A stretch of DNA of 64,000 bases from Azolla caroliniana (GCA_043228905.1 JBHGNT010000016.1:18848001-18912000); one strand, 5' to 3'; positions 26,574-40,544 are shown, counted from the stretch's first letter. A program made the numbers and translations. The notes: generated by a model from the sequence alone, not told the origin.

Positions 26574-27987
26574 ATGACCTAAGCTCAGACAGCAGAAAGA
26601 CCGGCATTTCTAAAGCTTGAAGATGGAGTAAGTCGGCATTTCTTGATTTGCTTATTTAACATTTATCTGAGTTCTTATCAACATTTGTCCGTATTATGTT
26701 TATATATGATCTTAATGTGCTTTGCTTAATCTTTGCTTAATTTCCATAAAATATTAGTTCATGTGACTAATGCTAGTTAATATGATTGTCTTATTTCCTT
26801 TAAAGTTTTATTCATTTGCCTGATCCTATAATATGCCTGCTTCATTTTGTTTGAATCTTTGTCCAGATTCTTATTGTGTATTTCATGATCTTTGCTTAAT
26901 CTTTGCCTACTGTCCATCAAATTCTAGATGTTTTAATATGGTTTTATTTGATCTCAATATGCTTGCTCAATCTTTGTGTAATTGACTTCAAATCGTTGTT
27001 CATTTATCTGACCTTAAAATGCTTCGCTCTAATTTCATGTAAAGATATTTTTTCATTTTCTGATTTATATTTCTGAGTGCTTTATCTGTGCCTGATCTCC
27101 TTTAAACTCTTTGTTCATCATTCTAGGTTCTCCTTACAAGTCATGAGGCTGGTTACATGGTCGAGAATCTTCGAATCTTTGACATCGAACAGGTAATACA
27201 TGTCTATATGAATAGTAACAAGATTTGTTTTGGTTTTACATTTGGTTCTGCAAACTCAAAATTCTGTACCGATGCTCACTGCAAAACTTGATTTTCAAAA
27301 TAAAAATTTGTTTGGCGTTTCGTATGGCAGCATGCTGGGAAACCTTTTTCCTACTTATTGGCAAAAAATTTGCTTTTCTTGGATGCTATCATGATTCAAA
27401 ATCATGAGAAAAAAACAAAATTGATAGGAATGGAGTTAAGAAAATGATATATATTCATGTATATAGGGTAGAAATTGACGAGAAACCAATGCATGTTTAT
27501 AGCAATTTAATAGAAAATCAAATTGTATCCATGCAAACCAATTTGTAGGAGTTTATTGGATATTTAACAAATATCTAATGTATCCAAGAGATACTATCAC
27601 TTTAGGCTATGCTTGTTTTACTCGAGGTTCGCAACAAGGGAATATAATTTGCATGAAAACAAGAGTGATGGTGAAACTGCAAATTGGAATACATTAGCCC
27701 TAAAGTGGAATATCTAGAACAACCACATGATCTTTTTTTCCCTTATGAAAAAGTTTCCAAGATCAAATTTTCACATTGATTTTATATTGACTATAAAGTG
27801 TTCAAAGTTTTATAGACTAATTTTCTAATTCAAGTTAACTCTTTTGCATGTGCAACTGAGTATTTACTATTTGTGTTCAACTCGACTCTCATTTTTGTAG
27901 AATTTGAATTCTTATAATTTTTCTAAGAAGGTTGGGGATGCAGATTGGATGGCCCAACATGACATTATACAGAAGCTCAATCTTCAA
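26574..27987 (+). pseudogene. truncated inverted copy of ZMYND10 exons 1-3
   Basis: Same exons and introns as the gene, but begins ATG ACC TAA (stop at codon 3) and ends in intron 3 at 28098. Confidence 0.9.
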
Positions 27988-28454
27988 GTATCTTGCAAAT
28001 AGATATTTAAGAATATTAATACTTAACAATCTTAATATTTGAAACTTATCATTAGAAGTCTATAATGTATTCTAGTTCTTGATAGGAAGATGCCTTCACA
28101 AATTACAAAGATGCTTGTTGCTCTCACAAATTACAAAGATACTTGGATGTAGAAAGGTTTTCCTATCATCGTTACCTATCTTCTCGCAAGGTTGTTGGAG
28201 GTAATTCCTAGCACTATTGGAATAAAAAACAAGTATGACCATTATCGCCCACACTCTTCAGTGTTTATATAGATGAGATATCTAATTGCATAGGGAGATT
28301 GGGTGGTTCAAGATCATGCTTAGCTGGGGTATCATACCTATATCATTATTTATATAGATGAGGTATCTAATTGCATCGAGAGATCAAGTGGTTAATTGGC
28401 GTAGCCATACCTATATCATGATATACCAATGACATTGTGTTGATCCTCGACTAT

Positions 28455-29530
28455 TGGTTTGAATCTCATCCCGTCATAAGTCTTCCTAGTCATCTCTTCA
28501 ACCTTACCTTTGACTTGTCATTATATTGAGTGTGACACTTCTCTTCGCGTGAACATACTACATCACAACATTTGCCCCCACCAAACCTGCATAGTATTCA
28601 GTATGTGCCAATCATGGTCTGGTTGATGTAGTCATCCTTCACTTTCCTCACTCTTTGAATCTTGTTCATTATCATACTCATTTGCCGCATGGTCCTCAAG
28701 GTTCGACTCCTCTTGTCGTGTCTTAAAGATTTTAACTCTCTTCTCCACTATCGGGCTTGTGAACGAAGTCTATTCCCCACATTTGGAACAACTCTAATGG
28801 TAGGATCGGTTGATGTGGGAGCTTCACCTGTGTTGTCCGTTGACTCATCAACGGACACAAATTGCACTCCCGGTAGTGCTTTGCCGTGTTTGCCACCAAA
28901 CGCCGCTTTGCCAAACCTTCCAAGCTGTGACATCCCTTGCGTAGTGTCCACCGGCTACTCCGCAATGTGCTTCCCTTAGTATTGCTGGCTTTTCATCACT
29001 CCGGACGCACTGCCTCCAAACTCCGTCTGCCCCTTTGTGGTATAGTATGTCTTTGATCAAGCAAAAGTTCCGGCTTTTCACTGCCAACTGTTTCTTTTCA
29101 TCTCTCGGCATTCCCTCCGATGGCAATCCAATACTGAGGAAATATGTCATGTCGATCAGCCACTTGCCTTCTGGATCCTCCATTGTCTCAGCCAGTTCGG
29201 TTGCTATTATCATAAATAATTGATCATCCGAAAAATCATCTTTCACCCCATCGCTGGACTCTCCGGATTCTAACCGGCTTAAGTAGTCCGCTATTGCATG
29301 ATGCACTCCAGGTTGGTGGTATATGTCGAATTCGAACTCTTGGAGCAACACTGTCCACCTCGCCAATTTCCTGGTCAAGGATGCCTTGGAGACCAGATAT
29401 AGGAGAGCCAAATGGTCCACATGGAAGGAGAATTTCAGGCCTAAAAGGTAGTGTTGATTACTTGTTCACGCTACAGACCATTCCCAAGGTCACCCATTCT
29501 AGATTTCCATGGTTGTACTTCAACTAAACG
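28455..29530 (-). mobile_element. Ty3/gypsy RNaseH-integrase fragment
   Basis: DHLALLYL..KLARWTVLLQEFEFDI..ADYLSRL, ILREAHCGVAGGHYA, FQMWGIDFV. Confidence 0.88.
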
Positions 29531-29780
29531 CGTCGGGGGCTTACCCGTTGCTATTAGGATGACCTTGGCTGAAGACAACGCATATTAAACAAAATTGGCA
29601 AAAGAACGCGATCAGCTTCCGGAGAGGGAAGACCAAGATCCGGGTGCCAACGTAGAAACGAGCGGTCACAAAAAAGGACATGACACTGCTATATGCGGAA
29701 GGGGTCCATATGTTGGACAGATTGGCGACATCCATCCTCCGTTTGCTGCCTCTTGTAGAACCACGTGGTCGCCAAGAAAG

Positions 29781-30401
29781 TGTTATGAGAATGGTGATGA
29801 GGTAGGGGGTGGCGCCTAGAATGGATCCACCCCCCTCCCAAGGGGGTTAAGACGAGGGAGGGAGAGAGAGGGAGAATGAGACGTGAGACAAAAATGTGAA
29901 AGGAAGCTTTTTCTTTTAATTATCCTTCATGCCCCATGTGGGGGTGCATACACCTCCATCCATTCACACACATAATTCTCACACCCTTTTATATCTATCC
30001 ACATGCACACACATGTGCATGTGTTCATACAAATATATGTATATACTTACACTCACACTCGTGCACATAGTTTTGTTGTTGTGTATGTGCAAATGTGCAC
30101 GAGTGTGAGTGTGCATATATCCGTATTTGTATGAACACATGCACATATGTGTGCATGTGGATAGATACAAAAGGGTGTGAGAGAGTTGTGGGTGTGAATG
30201 GATGGAGGGGTATGCACCCTTATGTATCTAACCTTCATTGTACTATTTAACCCCCATATGGGGAATGAATGATAATAAAAAGAAAAAGCTTCCTCTCTCA
30301 TTTCTCTCTCACGTCACTTTCTTCCTTCCTCACGTTAACCCCCTTGAGAGGGGGGTGGAGCCATTCTAGGTTTCCCCCGCCCCATCACCATTTTCATAAC
30401 A
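29781..30401. repeat. foldback made of two LTR 5' halves in opposite orientation
   Basis: TGTTATGAGAATGGTGATG...CATCACCATTTTCATAACA; both arms match the LTR at 31860-32246. Confidence 0.85.
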
Positions 30402-31400
30402 CCAATTCCACCACATTGATTTCGAACAATGGCACCAATTTCGGATTTTCGTCCAAATACTTGTCGACTTCTTCGTCTACCAGGCCTTCCATCATATTGA
30501 TGCTTTCGGCGTACAATGTGATGATTTTCTTTTTTCTTGACACCGGGTCCTGAGTTGGCACTCTTACTCTTGCTTTTACTATTCGGAAGTTGATGATGTT
30601 CTTCTGCCAATTCTGCTTAATGTGGGCAGTCCTTAGCGATGGTCACCCCAATAGGAGTGGGTAGGATCCTGTTGCATTTAATTCAAGTAAAACCACTAAA
30701 ATGTGAAATGGGTAACCCCCCATTGATATTACTAGATTTCTTATTAGTCCAAGGGGTCGAACCGAACTAGTGTTGGCCTTTCCCCCCATTGATATTACTA
30801 GATTTCTTATGAGTCCAAGGGGTCGAACCGAACTAGTGTTGGCCTTTAGCCAGAATGGGCACACCTCATATTCCTAAATGTCGAGTTGCTAGCAGGTCGC
30901 TGCGCTTATGACATTGACATCTGATCCTTTGTTGATTATTGCACTTGGCACCTCTATGCCATTTATGATTACCTTAACTGCCGGATTTTGCTCATCCAAC
31001 ACAGCTGGTTCAGCAAAATTAATCGAAACTACCGGTGGTTCTTCCTCTGTGAGTATGGCCATTAGGGTTTCTTTGAACCTTGGTACTAAGTTCAGCAGTC
31101 TTGCCAATGGCAGAGTTATTTGGCAGCCAGCTAGGGCTTGCCATCTTGTGTCTTCCATCGCCGGTTGTTCCTTTGTCTCTTTGTGCATCTTGTCGGCATT
31201 CTTGTGAATCGCTTGCTTGACCCAAAATTTGGCTATCTTTCGTATGTCATCCCAAGTCACCCATTCTGTCAGTTTTGTGTTGCCTCTTGTCGTGACTTGT
31301 TGAACCTCTGTTGTCATCATAGCGATGGGAGGTGTGGGTTTGGAGAAGGATCCTAGAGTGTACGGAATTTATTTACGAGGGTTGGCCAGTTCGTGCCTTT
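30402..31400 (-). mobile_element. Ty3/gypsy gag-protease fragment
   Basis: SAIINKGSDVNVI (degenerate protease), YPLLLG*P, HIKQNWQKN; includes a 66-bp in-frame tandem duplication at about 30715-30848. Confidence 0.75.
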
Positions 31401-31559
31401 GTTGCACCTTTTTTGGGCAGTCATTAGCGTACTGGCCCTCATTCCAGCAATGATAGCATGTTGGCTTAGCCGGTTCACTGGGCTCTCCTCTCTCCATCAC
31501 TGGTTGTTGAGGGCCAAAACGCAGTTGCTCTGTTTCGTTGTGACTTCAGGGGTTGTATT

Positions 31560-31700
31560 GGAATTATTGTGTGCTCTGAGGCTTCCTTCGTGTGCGCCCT
31601 TGATATAACTCCAATAACTTTGGCCCACAAATCTTGTACTCCCAAGATGAAAAGTTGTTCCGGTCTAGCTTCTCACTAGGGAACGAGCTACCCATTTGCG
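31560..31700 (-). mobile_element. copia gag N-terminal fragment
   Basis: MGSSFPSEKLDRNNFSSWEYK resembles a copia gag start. Confidence 0.6.
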
Positions 31701-31859
31701 TGTTCATGTTGATGTAGTGTCTTCGTTTCGGTTTTTCTTCCTTCAATCATGTACATGTGCTACGTAATGGCACTGCGGTAGTAGATAACCATGGTTATCA
31801 TCAGTGTCTCAAACACACAATCACAATGAGGTAGATGGGCTTAGTGGATATACAATGAG

Positions 31860-32265
31860 GCAAAATGATGATGGGGTAGGGGGTGGCGCCTAGAATGGAT
31901 CCACCCGCCTCCCATGGGGGGTTAACGCGAGGGAGGGAGAGAGAGAGGGAGAAAGAGACATGAGACAAAAATGTGAGAGGAAGCTTTTTCTTTTAATTAT
32001 CCTTCATGCCCCATGTGGGGGTTAAATAGTACAATAAGAGTTAGATACATAGGGGTGCATACCCCTACATCCATTCACATAAAATTCTCACACTCTTTCA
32101 TATCTATCCATATGCACACACATGTGCATGTGTTCATATAAATACGCATATATGCACACTCACACTCGTGCACATTTGCACATACACAACAACAAAACTA
32201 TAGAATTTCACCCTTATCCATCCCCGTACCTCTCGTACGGGTAACACATGGCACACCCTTGGGAC
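31860..32265 (+). mobile_element. gypsy LTR (5' end clipped) with PBS-like motif
   Basis: Homologous to 29790-30067; ends GGTAACA (32246), followed by TGGCACACCCTTGGGAC. Confidence 0.65.
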
Positions 32266-32293
32266 AATGCATTGCACGTCGAACCCACTGAAG

Positions 32294-35200
32294 GGATGCC
32301 AGAAGACTGGAATGATTTACAGAAAGGTCAAGTGATGGATAATTGGAAGAGGGGGAGGGGTGTTGATGTGAACAAGTGCCAACAGATCCCCTGAACCATG
32401 GTTAATGGGTAGGTGATTCTAGAGTTAAGGCAGTAGCTGATGGCATCCTAAGGATTTCAAGCTTGTATAAGTATAACAGACTTAGTTAAATGAAATGGAT
32501 GATGTGGGGATTCTGTTTCTTCCTTTCATGTTCCATGTCAGTCAGTCACTCTTTATCATGCAGTTCCTGTCGGCGCACAGTTTTAACAGAATTATGCTAC
32601 AAATGCATGACAATAGTAATGAATTTTATTCATTAATGGAAAGATTGACAAGATCCAGATTGCTATCAAAAAACTCACTTGGTTGTTAGCTGAAGTGCTT
32701 CAAAACTTGAGACTCTCCGAAGTGATGCTGTCAAAATGGACGCATCAACTCAGAAACTTTTTGGCAGTAATTTTTCAGAAGTCCATCATAACTTAAAGTG
32801 TGCAAACAAAAAAATACAAATTAAACAAGTATACTTCTACAGTCACAGGCCTATGAGACAAACCATGTACAGATGTTTATATTTTCTGGGTATCCAAAAG
32901 AAAAGAAAATAACAAGTTAAAAAAGGTAATAATATGTTGTAGAGAGAATCTGAGCACTAGGGAAGTGAAGGTGGGGGGCTCTAAACCTATCCACTCATTT
33001 ATAGCCTTTCTACATTTTGCACTAGCCAGAAGTTAGTGTACTAGATTATTCTCAGTACCATTGTCATAACTAGCTAGGCCTTGTTAAAATCAGGTTTCAA
33101 TTAGCTGAATCAAGCACAATTAAAACAATGTGCTAGGCTGTGAATGGAACAAATGATTTTCCTTTGTTTTGTCAAAAATGAGCCCAGACTTGGCTGCCAG
33201 ATCTGTCAAATTATGAAATTATGACATTGAACCCTCTTCCATATGTATATTCACTCATTATAACCTCTCTACTTTATTACTGGACAATAGTAATCATACT
33301 AGACTATCACTTTTCAGTATTGAAAGAATAACTAGCTCAACTCTCCTAGATGCTCATGTTTGATATTTTCACTCTCTTGTTCTAGATTGGATGTCCTGCA
33401 TCTAGATTCAGATCTTCACCAAAGCGACTAGCAAAACCCATAAATGTGTAGAAAAGCAACCATACATTCACAATCAGAAAAGATCTTGTTTATTATTGAA
33501 GATGGCCCAAACTAAGACATTCAACAAAGGCATACCATGGTCTTTCTTTTGAAATGCAACATCTTGGATTGCTGAGAAAATTTCAGGACTAAAAATGTAC
33601 ACTCCACAATTTATCCATTCACTGACCTGCAGAAACAGAACAAATCAAAGCCAGAAGGAAAGAAGAGTTAGATAACCTGAATTTTGAATCAGCTAAAAAA
33701 CATGTGACAGAAATTATTCTCACGAATGTCTCAGGCTTCTCAGCATAATGTAGCAATTCTCCTGTATCTGCATCTGCTACTAGCTCCCCAAACTGACTTG
33801 CTGACTCAGCAGATACCTGAACTAAGGTATTATTAATCTGCTTAAGATCGAGTAAAAACTAGCAGTTTTTCAAAAGATTTGTTCCATTACCTTCTTCACA
33901 AGTAGTGTGCCAATACCCTTATATCTAGAATGTGCCGCTGTAAGACTCAACACGAGAAGTCCCACACATATTAGACATTAGTTATTTAGAGAAACAATTT
34001 GCAATGGTTCATTGTAACTACACAGAACTTTCTTCAGATATTTATGAAACAACAATTACCAAGCATTTCAGATAAAGGGAAACTGCAGCAGACATCACAA
34101 TTCATGACAATGATATTGCTCTGTCGATAACAGATGATCAGTTAGTTGTATAAAGTAACACTCTCCTGAAGCAACAGATTCAAAAAATATCATACAGGAT
34201 CATCCTCCATAAGTAGATGTTTAAAATTGTACAGACCCCCTGCTGAACCATGAGGTTTATCTTCCCGCAAATACCTAAAAATCATATTTCCAGTTTACAA
34301 TCCAAATATACAATAATTTAGAGAACATTTTGAGTGAATATCTTCTACATGAGAAAATAAAACAGATGTTATTGGATCATTCGAATCCGGATTTATTAAC
34401 CTTTAGTATGGTCATGAAATACACTATCTTACAAGGAATCTTGATCAGCGAGTGTATGCTTTAAATGCATGCCATACACATGTTGAGCAAAGAATGATAT
34501 AAATTAGCAGGAAGCAGACATTTCATACTATGAAGTGGCTTTTATAGCTAATACTACAGCATTTCTATTTGCATGATACAGTGTGTGCGGCAGGGGATAC
34601 AGTGAATTGGCCATGATGAAGGCCCAGCCACTTACAATCTGTCCTGGATACCACATATTTCCCTAAACCCTAAACCCTAAACCAATAAATGTTATGCCTA
34701 TAGTCCATCAGAAATCTTATATAGCTGAATTCTGATGACAATACAATACTTAAGTGTACAAAGCCCAGAATAAAGGTGACTGGGATGAGCTGTGTAATGC
34801 CAAAAACTGTTCTCTAGTAATTTCCCAATGCCCTAAAACTATCTCAGTGAGATGACTATAAGAGCCCAGACAAATTCACTGAGATTCATAGACCTCAATA
34901 CCCGTGCATCAAGAGTTATTAAGCATGCATTTTTGTGCTACTCAAACTAGACTTCTTAGTAAACAATTATTCTAATATCAACAGATATGGTGTACAAGGG
35001 GTAGATTTTCTCTATTAAGATGTCCAATAAAATACTTCTATAAGCATTGGAAAATTCTTCAAGCTGATAATCATCAATGGCTTCCCATTTACACCTCACC
35101 AAGAGTAAGTTTAAACCATTCTACTATCCTGGATAATCATCAATGCTATAAGGACAGTGCTGAAGGGTATGTGAGCAGATTACCATCAATGTTATAAAGA

Positions 35201-35530
35201 AACTTTGAAGAGTAAGAAAATAAAAATGTCAAAAAAAGGCTCATGAAATATGGTTTCATTTTGTAGCACCTCACTGAGAGTAAGTTTAAACCATTCTACA
35301 ATTCTGGTTATCTGAATGTATCCATGATTTATATGCATCATCCCATAGCTCATATCGATCCACAGAGGAAGTAAATATATCATCATCATCTCTTCTTTCC
35401 GTCAGATGACTATAACCCACGCATTGTGAATGTTAAGCATTCACTTGTCAAAGAAAGATTCATTTTGTCATTACTAAGCATTCACTTAGGAGCAGAACCT
35501 GTTGCTTCACTTGCTGCTGCTCGTGCTCTG
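32294..35530 (-). pseudogene. inverted partial duplicate of GMPPA (exons 4-9 with introns; exons 1-3 deleted)
   Basis: Near-identical reverse complement of 55366-55409 joined to about 56937-60273; exon 4 at 34274-34196, exon 9 at 32727-32679; no start codon. Confidence 0.95.
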
Positions 35531-35532
35531 CA

Positions 35533-35574
35533 TGTGTATGCGTATGTGTATGTGTATTTGTATGTGTATTTGTA

Positions 35575-35609
<35 letters not shown>

Positions 35610-35610
35610 A

Positions 35611-35641
<31 letters not shown>

Positions 35642-35707
35642 TTGTATGTGTATGTGTATGTGTATGTGTATTTGTATGTGTATGTATATGTGTATGTGTA
35701 TGTGTAT
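35533..35707. repeat. (TATGTG)n microsatellite
   Basis: Hexamer array; reverse complement of the array at 55059-55365. Confidence 0.97.
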
Positions 35708-36098
35708 CATAGTTCCTAATATTCGCGTACGTCCAGTTTACTTGACATACGCGAACGTTTGCAAACGTACGCGTATGATACGCGATATTCGTTTGGCTTC
35801 TTTTTTTTTGGGGTTTTTTATTTCTGATATTCATCGTTCTTTGCAAATAGAAGTGACGTTTGACACACACACACACACCCTCTCTCTCTCTCACAGGAGA
35901 ACTGACAGATCTCTCTCTCTACAAAATCTAGATATCTAATATTCACATTCCCTCACACAGACAAACACCATAGCTCCTCTCTCTCTCTCTCTCTAGAGTC
36001 TAAGCATACACTCAAACCACTCTCTCCTCACACATGCAAAACAGGGCTTCTCTCTCTAGACCACACACGCTCTCTCTTTCTCTCTCTTTTTTGGTAAA

Positions 36099-36139
<41 letters not shown>

Positions 36140-36297
36140 TGTCAACACACACACACACACACTATATGTACACCATATGTATATATCTATGTACCGCGTA
36201 TGGATTTCAATCATACTCGAAGCCTTTTCACGTATGAGTATGATACGAATATTGGCGTTTGAGTATGACACGAATGGGACGTATGGCTAGAACTATG
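35708..36297. mobile_element. non-autonomous hAT-like element, 8-bp TSD
   Basis: TIR CATAGTTC/GAACTATG; ATGTGTAT on both sides (35700-35707, 36298-36305), which shifts the hexamer phase by 2. Confidence 0.8.
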
Positions 36298-36949
36298 ATG
36301 TGTATGTGTGCTCGTGACTAACTACTACCAAATATTTAAGAGGGCAAGTGAGGGAATCGCGGAGAGGGACGATGCACATCGCACCACTGATGGTGTGTTC
36401 GATCTCCACCGTCCAAGATGGATAAAAAGCTGACAACATCTGTCACCGGGAGCCCGACTCTCTGACATACTCTGTGAAAAGGAGCCCGACTCTGTCAAAA
36501 GGAGCCATGTTGTCAAATAACCTCTGTACGCAAGAGCCCGATTCTATCAAAAGGAGCCTCGTTGTCATACAACCTCTGTACGCAGGAGCCCGACTCTGTC
36601 AGAAGGAGCCTCGTTGTCTGACAACATTAGTAAGAAGGAGCCCCGCTGTTTGACAACCTCTGTCATCAGGTGCCCGACTTAAAAACAAACATCAAAAACT
36701 CCAAAAAATAGTAAGTGTACAACAAATATTTGCCATGAAAATGATCATAAAATTTCTCAAAAAAAACTAGAGATTCAAATAACAAGTCTTACATAAAATA
36801 TTAAAACGTCAAACGTTGACAACCCTAAAATGAAATATGAATATACACATTACATATTACGATTATAGCTCATGTCAGGATGATTGCAAGATGCAACCAC
36901 AATTTTTACAACATGTAACGTTCGAGTCCCTTGAAGTCAAGGTCAACCC

Positions 36950-38206
36950 ATCGCAACGCAAAACACCGAACCTTCTAATGGTCACCTATTGGCAATCGCC
37001 TCCTAGCCCGACTTGCACCTCTTTGTAGTTTTCCGGAGTGGGATTTGGAAGTGTTTGGGGAGCTGCCAATAAGTTCTTGCGAGATGTCTATTGTTGCACT
37101 TCTTTTTTGGCATCGATTTGTTGGTTGCGACTTATTGATCTGCCATCTTCTTCATTGGTTGATTTTGGTGCACCAATGCGATACACCTTCTCAGCCACAT
37201 CTTCCAATGTTTGTATACCTTTGACAATAGTTGCACGGTCGAAGGTTCCTAACCCTTGCTCGAGACAAATGCTTTCACAACCGTTTGTATTTTGGACTTG
37301 AATGATTCAATCTCGGATATTGTGGGGTTTGTCTCCTTGACTCGTTCTACCTCTGCCTCCACTTCTATTTTTGTATTATGGTCCATTCGCATTTGGGTTG
37401 CGTGATCTATAAAAGGCAATGAGCCACATAAATGTGGCATATGCCTCTCAATAATCATTCGGATACCGAGTAAATGCTTACATTTACTCGCAATGTCTTG
37501 GCAATCACAATACGAACATTGGAGTGAGACATTATACCATAGAGTGGGAGTTGTCATGCTCAAGATTCTAAACCAATATCGGGCCTTGTCAACAATTTCT
37601 ATTGTGGAAGTATCGTCGACATACCTTTCCAATATTCTCTCCGCTTCTTTAAGTCGGGACCTTTGATCCGTACAATTCGCACGGCGTGCAAACCGACCAC
37701 TCTCACATATTTATTGTCGTTGCTTGTACCACTGTATTACCGTTCCTCCTATGCAAGTGCCAGTTTCATTGTCCCCGATTAAGACATGCAGAAGGTCGGT
37801 AATTGATCGGTTTATTCTTCCTCTCAAGGCAATATACTTGATAAACTGCCAATGTCTTTCCACAATATTGGTAGTGTCAACGTGTCCATAGTTGAAAATT
37901 CTAACAAACTTGGGCTAGAGTTTCCTCCACACACATGTCAAACCACACCATCCTCCTTCTATATATTGCTAAACATCGGGCTTGTCTACATATTCTACCT
38001 TTAACTCCTCACACATCGCATTGAATGCGGATTCAGTAATGCATTGCATTTGTTGGCACATTCATTGATAAAGATGGCTTCTGTGAGTTGCACTTACTTT
38101 TGGCAACAAGTTGTCCACCCATGACTTTTTGGCGTGAAACTAACACCATAGAAGTCGACAATGTGTTTGTGACCATTGCCCATTTACAACAATCCAAGAT
38201 TGACGA
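36950..38206 (-). pseudogene. MULE transposase C-terminal part with SWIM finger
   Basis: RLLWC*FHAKK (CxxH motif) at about 38130-38160 and YNVSLQCSYCDCQDIASKCKHLLGI (SWIM). Confidence 0.8.
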
Positions 38207-39820
38207 TGTCGTGAAGATTTTCGGCTATAGTGTGAAACCGAGGCGGAATAGGGCAAGACGGTGGTGTGCAATATGTGCACATGTGTAGTAGGGAACAATG
38301 TATAGAATAAAGGGGGAGTATTTGTCCCACATTGTAACGCCCTCCCCTCCTTGGTCCCTTGTTTAAGGGTTGCCCATTTTGAGTTGTAGCGGTATACCAT
38401 TTTTGTTGAGGGTCTTTTTCTTAAGAGTTTTCTAGGGTTAGTAACTTCCTGTTCTTCTCCTTCTTGAGAAGTCGGGCGCAACAGCCATGGCAACAAAGCT
38501 GTTAGGGCTAACTTCTTTTCTTCTGAGCGTACTCGGCTCGAAGCCAAGGTTGTATCTTTCCCCTTTATAATATAAACACTTATATCTGTTTGTGCATATT
38601 GGTGTATTTGGTGGTGTCGGGAGCATAGCCCCTTTCGTTTCCTGTGCATAAGAGTCGGCGTCGCGCACATGCCCTTTCTCTCTCTCTCTCTCTCTCGTGT
38701 TCGGTTGCCTCCGGGTCATGTCCGGAGTCGGTTTTCTTGGCATCCCTTTTGTCCCTCGTCCGAGACCCCCGTGGTCCCGCCCCTCTACATGCACGCGCGC
38801 AATAACGCGACATCTTTGGTGTACCCAACGTGAAGGGCGGCAAGGGAGAATGGAGTTGGAAGAAGACGACTTCGCACAACTTTTTGTCGATGCGGTGAGG
38901 GAGTTTGGAAGAGCAACAACAAGAAGAGAGACGACGCATCAAGCTATTGAGAGAGTGGTCGATAGAGTCGGCCGTTTCAACGGGGACAAAGTCCCATTCT
39001 ACTTGGAAGCCTACAATGCAGAAATGGAGGAGCGAGATGTAGACGAGGCGTTGAGGCTGGAGTTCTTCTGTCGGGTCATCGCCGTCCATATGCACGTAGA
39101 AGATGAAGGAGCTCCGAGAAGCTCATAGTTCGTGGGAGGCCTTCGAAGAGGCGTTCCTGCAGGCATATGGAGGACGGCAGAAGAGCCGGGGACGTTGTGA
39201 CTTCGACCAATTGGTGGCGTCGGCGAAGACCCACTGGAGCGCAATGAAGGCGTTCCGAGAGTTCAAGCAACGGCTTGCTCGGCTCCTGAAGTGGGAGCAA
39301 GGTTTGGTGGGGGCGGACAAAGCCTTGTTGTTCGTTAGGTCGATCGACCTAGTGGAACGGGAGGCCATCGGGATTGAGCTCGAAGACGATGACGGAGCGA
39401 ATAGCCTTACGGAGGACTGGTCGAAAGTCGAAAGGGTATGCCAATGGCTAGATGACGAACGGGCCAAGAAGGCTAGGAGGAAGGCGCACGACGGCGCGCC
39501 ATCACAATGGGAAAAGGTTGAACGGCAAAGAGAGTTGGCAAGGCTCGGCTTCGGGGCCAGGATTGCGTAGGCGTACGCAGCTCTCGAGGCAATGCTCGAG
39601 AAAGAGGAAAGATCGAGGCCGTAAACTGACGCCGAGCAGACGGACCTGGCCAACGAGAAGGTAGAAGATTGGTACAACGGTACCACGAGAGAGGGTGCGA
39701 AACAAAACGCCCTCTCAACTTGCGGAGATAGAATAGCCAAGGACAAGGCCGAGATACCATTCACAAAATCGGAACATTGGGACTGGCGGTTTCGAGCACG
39801 TCAGCCCGGAACTCCAGACA
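38207..39820 (+). mobile_element. gypsy 5' LTR (38207-38812), PBS-like motif and truncated gag
   Basis: TGTCGTGAAG...AACGCGACA, then TGGTGTACCCAACGTG; gag-like MELEEDDF..GRFNGDKVPFYLEAYNAEM from 38850. Confidence 0.82.
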
Positions 39821-39825
39821 TTGGA

Positions 39826-40544
39826 TTGGGACAAGTTAAGGTAACATTGGAAGCATTACGTGATGTCGCGAGGGGAGCACCTCTTTCACTTCATGCATGG
39901 AGGCGCATGAAGAGTCGTCTCATACTCGGGAATGAGAATGCAATTTACCTTAAAGCATCACCTAATCTTCAAGTATTATACGTTGAGAAATGGAGGGAAG
40001 TAGTATTAGCGTCACATCACACGTTTTCAAAGACTCTTACAGAGTTAAAGCTAGTTTATGCGACTGATGTACGTGACTATGGCATCCCGCCGAAGTACGT
40101 AAAAGCACTCATTACAAGTTGTGGTTGCCAATGGTATCGAAGGTCGACCCGATAGAACGTTTGGGATCAAGCATGACCAAATATAACAAGAACCTACCCA
40201 TAGAAGTGATCAAGGTAGAAACCCACCAGTTAGATCAATGGATGTTGGAAATGTTGGAGTGGTTGACCCTAAACAACTCTTGGGCAATCGACTTGACATT
40301 TAAAACAAACCAATTCGGGCTACCATTATATGCATCAGTTGCCCCCAATGCCATGGGAATTGGGATCCCATTATGGTACATGCTTTGTAGTTTTGATAAG
40401 GGGTCAAACCATGAGCAAGTCGCATTAGAAACTTGTTTGAGAGTCATATTCGCAAGGATGCCCACGGTGAGGCCAAATGCAATAGTGATTGATAAATGTT
40501 GGACATCATATAATGCCATAACTAATGTGGTTGCAACTGACCGT
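39826..40544 (+). pseudogene. MULE transposase catalytic N-terminal part
   Basis: WAIDLTFKTNQFGLPLY...PNAIVIDKCWTSYNAI contains the first two catalytic Asp motifs of MULE transposases. Confidence 0.82.

Larger units (their letters stand above)
23910..28098. repeat. large inverted duplication (palindrome), arms about 23910-26095 and 26137-28098
   Basis: Arms are reverse complements throughout; identical 60-aa ORFs at 24852-25034(-) and 27225-27407(+); outer ends TGAAGGCATC/GATGCCTTCA. Confidence 0.96.

Noticed and set aside
35426-35939. YV/HT/CM/IH dipeptide ORFs (also 54824-55433)
   Set aside because: Translations of hexamer microsatellites.
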